A stretch of DNA of 64,000 nt from Malacoraja senta (Eukaryota). The notes beneath the pieces are model-generated. The model did not search any database. It was not told the DNA's origin and saw nothing but the letters and a program-made list of their open reading frames with translations. The stretch lies in the NCBI GenBank assembly GCA_038087875.1, contig CM075987.1, positions 12,834,001 to 12,898,000 on the forward strand, read 5' to 3'. Shown in pieces: positions 24,539 through 36,809 of this stretch. The position numbers and the translations under genes are program-made. Position 1 is the stretch's first letter. Each line of letters opens with the position of its first letter.

Positions 24539-24605
24539 CTTCATTTGCCTGAATGGCCCCAAAAGCAGATCCTTCTGTGTCTTCGACTGTTCTCCTCGTA
24601 CGAGC
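24539..24605 (-). CDS. AMBP: AMBP-like linker exon: furin site and bikunin N-terminal peptide
   Basis: aag|ARTRRTVEDTEGSAFGAIQANE|gtggg; corresponds to human RVRRAVLPQEEEGSGGG; starts in phase 0, ends in phase 1. Confidence 0.85.
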
Positions 24606-24903
24606 CTTGCACAGAAAGAAGGAAGAAAACATTCCAATTTGATTAGACACTGATCCTTGGAATGATCTAATGTAAACACTGCAAGTTCCTGAGGTAAACG
24701 GAGATTTCACCTTTTTATGTTGTTTATCATTTAATTTTATAAGGCTTCTTACTTCAAACTGTGGATGGATTATTTTAATGGCAACTAGATCTCTTCCTCC
24801 AGTGGTTTGTAAGCTGATGTTGCAACCATTCACTTCTATCACCTTACTCATTTGACGACTTAATCATTGGGTGGAATTCAGCTAACCCCAAATCTAGAAT
24901 CAA

Positions 24904-25002
24904 AGTCTGAAGAAGGGTCCCGACCTGAAACGTCACCTATCCTTTTTTTCACGAGATGCTGCCTGACCCGCGGAGTTACTCCAGCACTTTGTATCTATCT
25001 TG
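24904..25002 (+). mobile_element. Penelope-derived short element
   Basis: CTGAAGAAGGGTCCCGACCTGAAACGTC core; AGAATCAA direct repeats on both sides. Confidence 0.7.
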
Positions 25003-27099
25003 AGAATCAACGTAATGGCTTGATATTTCCCTGCATTATTAAACTCAATTGCTATTAATTTACTGCATGTATACTGTTGGGACAATTGACCAACATTGCA
25101 TTTTGCTGGAAATCATAAATCCAGCCTCGTGCTAGTTTTGAACACACTTCAAGAGATTTAGAAATAAATATTAAATTAAGTATTGATCGTTGTTATGCAA
25201 GCCATCTGGGGTTCATTCTTGTTTGGCTGCTCATCTTGTATTATAGTTGCGATCTTTGGCAGACAAGCGCACTCAGTAGGCTGAAAGAAATAAAAAAACT
25301 TCCTCAAGGATGAAACACACTATCCACCTTTTCAGTAAGTTACAATATAACCCAATCAATTCTGTGCTGCCATTGGGCAGAAAATCACAACTCCCACCAA
25401 CAGCCAACTCCTTTTCTATTTATTCGTTTTATTCAGACTCATTTTTCTGCCTCCTCTGGTACCACCATTCCTCGTAGTTAAGGTTACTCAACCCTCTGTA
25501 ACATTTTCCTGTCTTTCACATGCAGAATATGCTTGGTTATAGAATGATGCGAATTTATACTCCACAAGGAGACTACTGCGTTCTTGCAAGGGAAAATTTG
25601 AACTCTTTTGGGATCTAACGCATCCCAGTCCTTGCACCTTATTCGGCAGGTTAGAGCCATCAGACGCTGACCCAGATGGAGCTTCCTGCCTCCATAATTT
25701 TTTCCAACAACCCAGATGAACGTTTCCTCTACTTCCAACAAAACCTATGTCCACCAGTGAGCGACCACTGTCATGTGAGCCTAATTCTAGTTCACCTTGA
25801 TGGGAGTTCTTCATGATTTTGTATCATTATTAATTGGCAGCTATCCAAATTTGGATTGTTTTCTCTGGAGCACCTGAAGTTGAGGGAAGACCAGATAGTG
25901 GTATATAAATTTATATAAATTTATGACAGGCATAAATAGGGTAGACAATCAGCACATTTTCCCCAGGGTGGAAATGTCAAAGACTAGAGGCCATAGCTTT
26001 AAGTTGAGAGGGGGAAGGTTTAAAGGAGATGTGTGGGCCATGTTTTTTTACATAGAGAGTGGTGGGTGCCTGGAACGCGCTGCCATGGGTGGTGGTGGAG
26101 GCAGATACGATAGTGACATGTAAGAGGCTTTTGAATATGGATATCCGGTGAATTGAGGGAGTTGGATCATGTGTAGACAGATGAGATTAGTTTATCTTGA
26201 CATTATGTTCAGCAGAGACATTGTGGGCCGAAGGGCCTGTTCCTCTGCTGATCTTTACTATGTTCTTCAGCCAACATCTGTGGAGCGAGAGGCACCGTCA
26301 CGTATTCAGATACTGATGGGCAGCTAAGTGTTTCCCGCATTTTCTGTTCAGGGTCAGGTTTCCAGCAGCTGAAATTTCTTGACTTTAAATTACATTTCCC
26401 TTTCTTCTGTTGTACAGAAAATAACTCCAGTCCAGTTCATTAGTCCTTACACCAGAGAATCTGGAAGTGAAGCTGTAACTTGTTATGTGGACAATTTTTG
26501 AGGTAAATTCATCATGAATTTATATAATGGGCATCATTTTCAGTTGTGTGACCCAACCTCTTCAGTTGCTGTAATATGTGAAGGAAGGAACGAGAGATAC
26601 TGGTTTGATGAAGGGTCTCGACCCAAAACGTCTGCTATTCCTATGCTCCAGAGATGCTGCCTGACCCACTGAGATGCTCCAGCTTCTTGTGTCTATCTTA
26701 AGTTGCTGTCATATTTAACTAACACAATACATAATTCATTGATCCATGCAAGATCACATTGTGTGTAATATTCATCAGTCATCAGTTAAGCACAATCAAT
26801 GCCACTGTTCAACCCAAATTACGAGTTAAACCATTAACAACAGTCTCAAAACCATCAGAGTTATTATGTGTAGGATGAAACTGCAGATGCTGGTTTACAC
26901 CGAAGATAGACGCAAAATGCTGGAGTAACTCAGCGAGACGGGCAGCATCGCTGGATTTAAGGAATGGGTGATGTTTCGGGTCGAGACCCTCCTTCAGGAT
27001 GACCCATATTAGCATTTTGTGTCTATCAGATTTATTACATTAACTTCAGCCGCTAAGCTAGAATTAGAAATATTAACAACAGCTCATCAAGCTAGTGTA

Positions 27100-27915
27100 C
27101 TGGAGTTACCGCATCGACTTCTATCCCACAAGCCAGGATACCAGAGATACTGCATTAAATACTGTTCATAATACCAGTGTACTAGTTACAGAATCATGTA
27201 AGTTCCTGAGCACAACAGCATGGCAGTTACTGAATTAACTACAGACCCCTTTCCAATGTATCAAATTACTGAATTAATTACAATCTCGTAGTCCAATGCA
27301 CCAGAATGATCATATTACCCATTGCCCAATGTGCCAGATTAGTACAAACACCATACTTGCAATAATTACTGTCCTTTATATCACTTGAACTGTCACAGAA
27401 TTAACCTGTGACTAAGATCAGTGTTAAAGAATTAATTATAATCTCTAAGACCAGTGTAACAGATTTACAGCATTATCTACCAGCCCCTGGGCCCAATGTA
27501 CTAGAACTACTGCATTAACTACATATTCTGAGACTTTGTACCATAGTTACTGCATAAACTATAGACCCCTGCCCACTCTATGAGTTATTATGTTAACTTC
27601 TGCCCCTGCGCGCTGGAGTTACAGCCCCTGTGCCCAGTATACCAGAGCCCACGTCAAGGATAACAGCGACCACATTAACTACAGCTCCTAAGCCTAGTGT
27701 ACTACAGTTACCTCATTAATGACAGACTCTGAGCCCGGTGTACTAGAACTACTGCATTAACTACAGACTCTGAGACCTTATTACATCGTTACAGTGTTAA
27801 CTATAGACCTTGACCCACTGTATGAGAGTTATTAAGTTAACTACTGTCCCTGCGCCCAGTGCACTAGAGTTCCAGCATTACCTACAAGCCCTTGTGCCCA
27901 GTGTACCACAGTTGT
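27100..27915. repeat. Degenerate ~39-bp minisatellite in AMBP-like intron 1
   Basis: Recurring unit approximating CCCAGTGTACCAGAGTTACTGCATTAACTACAGACCCCT. Confidence 0.75.
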
Positions 27916-27931
27916 ATCTGACATGGATTAC

Positions 27932-28039
27932 CTGATTTACATTTTCCAAAAATTGAAAATCAGCATTTGCTTTCATTGGAACAGCTGTTCCAGTCTCCAG
28001 CAACTGCACGGCACAGAGTAGCAACAGAGCACACCACAT
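27932..28039 (-). CDS. AMBP: AMBP-like (bikunin-only) exon 1: signal peptide
   Basis: MWCALLLLCAVQLLETGTAVPMKANADFQFLENVNQ|gtaatc; hydrophobic leader; the end resembles AMBP exon 1 (IQVQENFN..); phase 0. Confidence 0.75.
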
Positions 28040-28150
28040 TTTCTTTGATTTGTTCCAAAATAGGACAGTAACGTGGAGCAGCTGAGAATTATCAGGCAGC
28101 CGATGTCCCAATACCAGTGTATGTTAAGTAGTGATTGCTAAAAGGTCCAC

Positions 28151-28177
28151 TGTTTACTTTTTTTGTTATTCATTAAT
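28151..28177 (-). promoter_or_regulatory. FOXA and HNF1-like sites upstream of AMBP-like exon 1
   Basis: TGTTTAC (28151-28157) and GTTATTCATTAAT (28165-28177, two mismatches to GTTAATNATTAAC), 110-140 nt upstream of the ATG. Confidence 0.45.
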
Positions 28178-29094
28178 CCCATCTTGAAGGAATTATTGAG
28201 AAACCAGCAGAACCCTTGAGGGAGTAGCTCAGCTGGTCTGAATCTGTTTGGAATATGAATGGGAGAACAGGGTTATTAGGTGGTACTAGCTTATTATTAC
28301 TGTTCTACATTGAATAAGAGGATCAACCCTCGGTCAACAAGGAGTGGAGGAAGGACCAGCTCGCCAAAAAATCTGGAGCCAAAAGAATGAACTAGCTGAA
28401 GGAACTCGGCAGGTTAGGCAGCATCTGTGGAGGCAAAGGGACAGTCGATGTTTCGGGTCACGACTGTGCATCAGGACTGAAGTCCCTTTTGTCACTGAAA
28501 AATCTTGAGCTGCAGCATTGTGAATCTGTAACATGGACTAATTGCATAAGCAACAAAAACAGCATGCAACAGGCAGCACAATCAGTCTCACAGGCATTGA
28601 ATAGTAGTGATCAATTAAACAGGAGATGGAGACTCTAAGAATATCTCCACCCTCAATGACGGCAGACCCCAAATTGCTAAAGAAATGGTTGAAGCATTTG
28701 CTACTATGTTAAACCCATAAGTATCATGGAACATAGAAAAGTACAGCACAGGAAGGGGCATCTTATCCCCACGGTGTCAGTTTACCATGATGACAATCTA
28801 ATCCAATTCCATATGCCTGTACAAGGTCCATATCTCAGTTTCATGTCTATTCAAATGTCAAATAAATGTTCCATCTCAGCTTCCTCCTGAGATGCATGCC
28901 ATCGCAGAAGCCATTCTCCAGTCACTTTGATTCACTCCATTGTAATATCAAGAAATGCAGATAAAAGCTAGATATTGCAATAGCTCACCAGACAGCAATG
29001 CTGGTAGTCACCCATTCCTTCTCTCCAGAGATGCTGCCTGACCCGCTGAGTTACTCCAGTATTTTGTGTCTATGTTGGTAATCAAACAGTTCCG

Positions 29095-30545
29095 CTCCTG
29101 TTCCCAAAATTGGACAAATCTCTCGTGACTAACTACAGCTAATCAGGCCGCTCTCAATGGGCTTCATTGACAGTGCTATCAAGCTGCACTCAGTCGCCAA
29201 TAACCTGTTCACTGATGCCCAGTTTGGGTTTCACCAGGATTACTTTGCTCCAGACTTCTTCACATCGAGATGTTGGCCAGAGTGCTGAATTCCAGAGGTG
29301 AGGTGAGAGTGGCTGTCCTTGACATTTGGGTGGCATTTAACTGTGTGGGATCAAGGTGCCCTGAGAAAGCTTCAGTCATTGGGCATCAGAGCAAAAACAC
29401 TCCAATGATTGGACTCATTCCTCACAATAAGGAAGATGATTGTGGTGATTGAAATGGTGGTCAATCTTCACAATTTCCGGTCATCACTGCTGGAGGTCCT
29501 TAGGACACTGTCCTTGGACCAAACATCTTCAGCCGGTTCATCAATGACCTTCCTACTATCATAAGGTTAGAAGTAAGGACGTTCATTGATGATTGCACAT
29601 TGGGAACTCGTCAGCTAATGAAGCAGCCCATTCATTCAAGCAGTGAGAACAAGACAATATGCAGGCATGGGTTGATGACTGGCAAATAACATTTGTGCAA
29701 TGGAAGTGCCAATAACAACCAACTCCCCATGACATTTGATGGACCATGGCCAAGTCCCAGAACATCAATACTCTGGGTGTCGCCTCTTGACCAGAAAACA
29801 CAAATTCACAGAAAGACAGCCACATAAAATCTGCAACTACAAGACCAGGTCAGAGGCTGAGTACCCAGCAGAGACTGGCTCACCTCCTCAGTGTCCAAGC
29901 AATTCCAGTTCTGCAAGACACAAAGCACTGGAATAACTCAGTGCATCAGGCAGCAGCTGTGGAGAGAATAGGTGGGCAACGTCGCATGTCGGGTCCCTTC
30001 TATAGACAAATCCATTCCCTCCACAGATGCTGCCTGCCCCGTTGAGTTATTCCGGCACTTTGTGTTTTACTCAAGATTCCAGCACCTGCAGTTCCTTGTG
30101 TCTCCATGCAATACCCTCCAACTATTTGCATGTGTACAGCACCAACAAATTTCAAGAAGCTCGACACCATCGAGAAAAGTTCTGCTACATTGATTGTTAC
30201 CACGTTCATCCCCTCCACCACAGGTGCTCCAAGCTTGCAGTGTGCACTGTCTACAAATGCACTGCGGTTACTCACCGAGATAGATTACTCCACAGCACTT
30301 CCCAAACTTGTGACCACATTCCCAAGAAAGATGGAAACAGCAGGGCCACCTGATGAAGGATCCCCTTTCAGACACACAATATCAGGAATTGGAAATACAT
30401 TGTTGGTCCTTTATCACCACTGTGCTTCCATCCAGGAACTCCCTCCCCAAGGAACATTTTCACCAGCAGTTCAAGAAGGTGATTCAACATATCCTCTCTA
30501 GGTCGATTAAGGATGGAGAATAAATGCTGGCCTTGCCATTGATAG
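29095..30545 (+). mobile_element. Degenerate non-LTR retrotransposon RT fragment (CR1/L2 group) with a nested palindromic element at about 29920-30105
   Basis: QFGFHQD, LNSRGEVRVAVLDI..AF and G..LGP..FS.FINDLP remnants. Confidence 0.65.
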
Positions 30546-31994
30546 ACGGGTCCGAAAACAAATAAAACAAAGAACAATCTAGGAGGTTCCAATGCACAAC
30601 ATTTCTTTGCCTCAGAAAGGTTGTGAAATATTTCTCTTCATTTAACTTCTATTGTGAGCAGATGCAGGGTTTGGCAACACGATCTCAAAAGTATTCTTCA
30701 CTTTCTGATAACTGTCAGTAGACTACGGTATGATTTCCCACTGTGTTAATACAATTATTTCCATTTAGCAGTGCTTTCTTGGAGTACCATATTGTGAAGT
30801 ATATCACACAGTGTAATCAGAATAAAAGCTGCCCTTACCCATTGAATCTGGGCAAACAATACTCAAATATCAGCATCTGAATGTCATATTAATGCACGAT
30901 TGGGAGATTTTCTTGTAGATGAATTAGTCTTTTCACACGTTAGATGTGCAAGTGATTTCCTTGCAAATATCACATTTCAAAAAAAGTGAATTTGCAGTGG
31001 CAATCAGAAGGCTGTGGAGGCTGTCAATGGATATTTTTATGGCAGATATATTCTTGATTAGTCTGAGTGTCAGAGGTTTAAGGGAGAAGGCAGGAGAATG
31101 GTGTTAGGAGGGAGATATAGATCAGCCAAGATAAAATGGCGGCGTAGATTTGATGGGCCGAATGGCCTAGTTCTGCTCCTATCACTTATGACCTAATGAC
31201 CTGAAGGAATGGATTGACACAGTGGAATTGTGATTGAAAACTGGAGTAATCTGTTGAAAATCGATTATATACTTACAAATTGAAGCTTCATCGTCTTAGC
31301 TGACCAAGAAGGTTCAGTCATTCATTAGGCTCAGGTACGTAATGGGAATGGTTGCAAACACAGGGATTCCATGTGGTGTTTACAAACTCCTCAGAGAGGG
31401 CTAGTCAATTTAGTGATAGTCCTACTTGTGAAGGTGTCAGGGCACTCCCTCCACCCCTCTCCCCTCTCCTGACCTTAGGTCAGCAAAATCTGAGGTTGAA
31501 AAATGGATAATTCAGCCCACAAGGTATGGTAAATTATGTTATCCACTTTGTGTTATTGGCAAGAATTTGGTTTAAGGACGTGAGAGTCCCAGTCCTTCAT
31601 ACATAACCCGTTGCAAGGGGCTAGCAATGTCATTAACCGGGTGAACATGATAGGGTCTCCTGGTGATCAACACAAACTATGCTGAGAACAGCAGGCAGCT
31701 GCTGTGGTTGAAAGTCATTGACTCCTGGTTTGTGCTCAATCTGGTTAATGATTCGTTCAAAAAGAAGGATCACAAACAAGACTTTGAGCACAAACCCGAA
31801 ATTGGAACGTCAAAATTCAGGGTTTGTTGAGAGGAGTGATTCCCGTCCAGCAATCATTTTGAAATTCACTTAAACTGCAATCAAGGGCTGCCCTGAATGT
31901 GACCCAGGAACAAATCAGCAGCAAAATCAGCTCTGACAACACATGCATGGAAAATAAAACAATCCATAAAAACAAAGTTGAAATGAATAACTGC

Positions 31995-32288
31995 CCGCAG
32001 CACAGCGGTAGAGTTGCTGCCTTACAGCGCCAGTGACCTAGGTTCACCCTGCTCGAGCAGGGTGCTGTCTGTACGGAGTTTGTACGTTCTCCCTGTGACC
32101 GCACGGGTTTTCTCCGGGTACTCCGGCTTCCTCCCACATTCCAAACATGTACAGGATAGTAGGTTAATTGGCTTCGATAAATTGTCCCTGGTGTGTAGGA
32201 TAGAACATGTGTGCGGGTGATCATTGGTCAGTGCGGACTCGGTGGGCCGAAGGGCCTGTTTGCACGCTGTATCTCTAAAACTAAAACT
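31995..32288 (+). mobile_element. tRNA-derived SINE
   Basis: Same family; CTCTAAAACTAAAA tail. Confidence 0.75.
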
Positions 32289-34263
32289 TGCAGAAGCAGA
32301 GTAATGGAGAATGGGTTCAGGGTTTTCCCTCGCCGTGTACCAACCCACATCCTTGACTTGGTGCGGATCGATTCCAGTGAAGAGTCTGATTGATGGGGTG
32401 CTCACTATCCGGTGATACCCTGTGATTGACTGCAGGGAGCTTCATACAAACCCATGAGAACATCATTACATCTGCTGACCAAGTACATAACTGTGATAAA
32501 GTACACTACAGACATCCTGTTTTTCCTGTGAGCAAGTAGGGAATTTCCACATTGTCGGGTGGATGCAACATTACTGGAGTAGCTCAACAAAAGGTACAGT
32601 GAGCTCAGGGGCAGGTCTTCAGTACTATAGCTGCGATCAAAATAGGAAATGAAGGCAGTCAGACCATGAGAGTAAGTGGGACCTCCCCTGCAAAAGCCCG
32701 AGAAGTCTGCCCTGTTGCGGTTTGTCCAAGAATCCATTATATTCTCCCATTAAACCCATCTTGCTGACCATATTAAACCAGGCGTGATCGTAAGTACAAC
32801 GAAGATGTGAAGAGTCTTCGGGATAACATCATGATTGGGCGTGATCATGGCAGGTGAAATACATAACATAGAGTCATCCACTTTGGTGCATATAACAAGC
32901 AGAGTATTTGTTAAATGGTGTGGGACTGGGTAGGGTAATTGTTCAAGGGATCTTGGGCATGCTTGCACACAAATCATTGTAGGCCAACGGGCAAATGGTA
33001 ATTTGAAATTAAATGATAAAAGGAAATGTGCACTAATTTATCCCATTATCCTGCCCTCCCTTTCCCTTCATCCGTCCCCTTCCACCTACATCCCTTTTGC
33101 TGGCTACATTTCATGCCATCTCTCTCCTTATCTGATAGCCTTTTGCCTTCTTCCCATTCTCAGCCTTTATCTACCACATGCCAATCAGCCCACTCCCTTC
33201 CCCCCTCCCCCCCTGCCACCTGTATTCACCCATCACTTGTGAGAGAAGGCGAGAGGTCTGTTACCCACAGAGGGCCAGCACACCAGCCAGCTCTCAATTG
33301 CTGGCAGAGGCCCTGGAGTGAACTCAAAGTCACTGCCAGCTGTGAAGGACATCAATTTGTGCAAGAAGTTCAATGACCATCAAGTTTGGTGGAGGTCAGT
33401 GAGTAAATCATCAAGCTCCTGCTCTCAATAATTGGCTCAAATACCGACCCATCACCCACCTAACAACAGCCTCTCCCAATCTCAACCCCAACATCCATGT
33501 GCCTGTTGTGGTTGACGAGTGTTTGCCTTGCCTCAGTCACTGCACACTTCCCACACTGCACTATGGACAGAGTATTGACCAGTCCATACCTGAGGCAGCG
33601 CAGATGCGATTGATGGCCATGATATTTTAATGTATAAGTTTCCTCCTTACATCCGTCCTCTCACAGTCTCCTTTGACTTACAGGCTTCGCACTCTGCCGT
33701 CGAGCTCTCGGTCATTTACTTCAGATAGGAGAAGTAGGTCTACAGGTCAGCATCGGTGCTGTTGTGCCCAGTGAATGGGCATCTAGCTCTGTGAGAGAAT
33801 CGATGGAACTGTCCCCTGAAATTTGAAGGATGTGAACAACTCCACATTGCGCCGTCAGAGAGCGCAACAAAGTACAGCAAGAAGCAGTGCCTGGAAACCA
33901 ATGAGACATTGAAATATTCACTGCAACGGTGTTGTGTGGGGACCACACCTGGTTTGTGCTGAGGTAATCGTGGGGTGCGCATGATGGTTAAGGTGACCCT
34001 GGGCTTTCAGCAGCATGTAACTGGTAGCAACTTGTGAACTTGACTTTGCAACGACTGACTGGCCTGGTCACTGAGACTGGCAGTTCCCATTTGGAATCAC
34101 AGCTGAACGCACTGTGATGGTTGAGGGAGACTCTGTGTTAAGAGTGGTGCGATGCACACAGGAGCTTCTCCAACTACAACAATAGACGTGGTAACCTTTC
34201 ATCAGAACTGGGAAACAAGGTTTCCTCCCAATAATTTGCAGAGTGGGCAGGCTGTAGACATAC

Positions 34264-34360
34264 GTCTGAAGAAGGGTCTCGACCCGAAACGTCACCCATT
34301 CCTTCTCTCCAGAGATGACGCTGCCTGTCCCGCTGAGTTACTCCAGCATTTTGTGTCTAC
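34264..34360 (+). mobile_element. Penelope-derived short element with a minimal hammerhead core
   Basis: CTGAAGA-A-GGGTCTCGACCC-GAAACGTC at 34266-34293; perfect 16-bp TSD CAGGCTGTAGACATAC (34248-34263 / 34361-34376). Confidence 0.8.
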
Positions 34361-34967
34361 CAGGCTGTAGACATACATTAGTCAGAAAAATATCTCTGAT
34401 CGAGTGAGACCCGGACTGCCAAGGTGATAAGTTGTTGATGGGGATATCTGGTTGTTGGGTTAATGAGAAAGAGAGAACACAAACAATGGATCATGCAAAA
34501 GAGGAAATTCAGATGGATAAACAGCAGCAGGGCAGGCCAGTTCTGGTAGCTGAAGTTGATATTGAGTCTGGCTGGCTGCAAAATGTCCATATGGGAGGGA
34601 GATAGCTGATGTTCTTCAAGTTTGCATCGAGCCTCATTCAAACAATGCAGTAGGCCACAGACAGGGAGGTCAGAGGGGAGTGGAATCATTTTGTCCATGG
34701 TCAACCAGGGGGAGCTTGGCACAAGAGAACCTGACGTTTAAGTCAATCTCTGAAATGCGTTGGATTTGGAACTTGCCTGTCTGTAAAGATCCCAAGGCGA
34801 TAGCATGCCATTTTGTCTCAACTAAAGGTACTGTTCCAGGTTCTCACTAGATCAAGAGGCAATATGAATATCAAAACATGAAGTGAGAGTCCTCCATTTC
34901 ATCGACAAACACTGGGAGCTTAGAAACACACCCCTCAAACAAGCACGGAAAGCACCAATGAAGGTTT

Positions 34968-35230
34968 GTAGTTTAGTTTAGTTTAGAGATACAGCGCGGA
35001 AACAGGCCCTTCGGCCCACAGGGTCCACGCCGACCAGCAATCCCCGCACACTAACACTATCCTACACACACTAAGGACAATTTTTACATTTACCAAGCAA
35101 ATTAACCTACAAACCTGTACGTCTTTAGAATGTGGGAGGAAACCGAAGAACTTGGAGAAAATTCACGCAGGTCACGGGGAGAACGCACAAACTCCATACA
35201 GACAGCATCCGCTGCGCCACCGTGCCGCCC
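34968..35230 (-). mobile_element. tRNA-derived SINE (internally deleted)
   Basis: (TTTAG)n tail at 34968; GGGCGGCACGGTGGCGCAGCGG head at 35230. Confidence 0.75.
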
Positions 35231-36689
35231 TAAGCTTTAGAGTCTTCGGGTCATACAGCACAAGACACACCCTTCGGCTCAACTTGCCCATGCCAACCAA
35301 GATGTCCCATCTACGCTAATCCTATCTGCCCATGTTTGGTATATCCCTTTAAACTGTGCCCGTCCAGGTCCAGAATTGGAAGACCAAATGCAAGGCTTTT
35401 CATGTCAAAAGCATAGAAAAACAAGAAATAGAATAAATATTGTCTCCATTCCCTCTCCTTGCTGCACCATAAAAGGATCAATCACTCGTTTTCTTTTTTA
35501 TGCTCACTAAATCTGTTCAAAGCACTTTGGAGCCTCTCTGCATCCTCCTTGCAGTTCTCAATCACATCCAGCTTTGTGTCATCTGCAGACTTGGAGACAT
35601 TACATTTAATATCTTCATCCAAATCATTTATATTCTGAGTAGCTGTGGTTCCAGCACAAATCTCCAGGGCACCCCACTGCCTGCCACTCAGAAAAGGGCA
35701 TGTTTATTCCTACTCTGCTTCCTGATGGCTGACCAGATCCCCATCTATATCAACACCTTTCCGCCTGCCCCATGTGCTTTAACTTTGCACGCTAAGCTGT
35801 TTTGTGGAATCTTATCGGAAGCTTTCTGAAAATCCAAATACACCATCCCCACTGGTTCCATTCATTAGACTAGATACATTCTCAAAATTCTTCCTGTAGA
35901 TTTCTCAAGCATGATATCACTTTCGTAAATCCATGCTGCCTTTGCCGGATCCCGCCACTGTTTCTAGTGGTGTCAAGTATCTTCCCTCTATTAAGACCAA
36001 CTGGTCTATTGTTCTCGTGTTTTTCTCTCTCCCTCCTATTTGAAAGTTATCTGTTACATGAGCTGCGTTCCAATCTGTGAAATCTCTGATGCAGAGTCTG
36101 AGGAATGTTGGAAAATAACTACCAATGCATCCATTATTACTGACGCTACTTCCTTAAGTGCTCTGAGATCCAGATAGAGCCTTCAATTTTACGTTTTTAT
36201 CAGATTAGTAAAAAGTCCTTTTCCATTTCCATTTCCGGGAAAGGAGAAGTGGAGCTTGATTTGGAAGAGGTGAGATGCTGGCTTCAGAGAGGTATTACAA
36301 TTGGAAGAGGACATTACGGGTGGTATAACGGTAAGTGATGAAGCATGTACTTAGGGCTCCTCTCAGCTCCATTGCTCTGTTGAGCGACATAAGCTCCACC
36401 ATCTTCCTTAGGGTTTACTTGAGGGTCATCATCATCAGATATGGGGAAGAGGCCACTCCAACATGCCAGAAGTAAACACTCCAGCCCACGTCTGGAAAAA
36501 AGGACTAAAGTGTATTCCGATGCCAAACTTCCTTTCTCTCTCCGAGCGTTGAATTGTCAGTCACAGAGATTGTCAGAGAAATTTGACAAAAGGACATCCT
36601 TACACGACAGGAAGGGACATGCGTTCTGTAAACATGGCAAGGGACCACAAGAATAAAGAAGACAGCCAGAATTTAATACCACGCTAAAG

Positions 36690-36695
36690 TTTATT
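36690..36695 (-). terminator. C8G polyadenylation signal
   Basis: AATAAA on the - strand about 95 nt after the stop. Confidence 0.6.
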
Positions 36696-36786
36696 TAATC
36701 AATTAACAAGATGTTGGATCACATCCATCAGCAGAAAAAACATAAACTGTTTAGGGGCAGAGTGAGCAAGGCTCAATGCTTCTGGC

Positions 36787-36809
36787 TTAAATGTTTCCAA
36801 AATCATCAT
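36787..36809 (-). CDS. C8G: C8G exon 7 (terminal, DDDFGNI*)
   Basis: Strong poly-T acceptor (ttttttttattcaacag), phase matches, TAA stop, AATAAA at 36690-36695; total CDS 609 nt = 202 aa. Confidence 0.75.

Noticed and set aside
25484-25814. Overlapping - strand ORFs in bikunin intron 1, considered as alpha-1-microglobulin exons
   Set aside because: No GxW, TDY/TNY or conserved Cys pattern, and no matching splice boundaries
26451-26472. Possible 22-nt micro-exon (cag...gtaagg) in bikunin intron 1
   Set aside because: It would shift the frame between two phase-0 boundaries, has a poor polypyrimidine tract and shows no similarity to AMBP
36314-36526. ORF with a plausible acceptor just downstream of C8G, considered as a missing lipocalin exon
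   Set aside because: No lipocalin motif in the frames read, no convincing donor, and it lies beyond the C8G poly(A) signal
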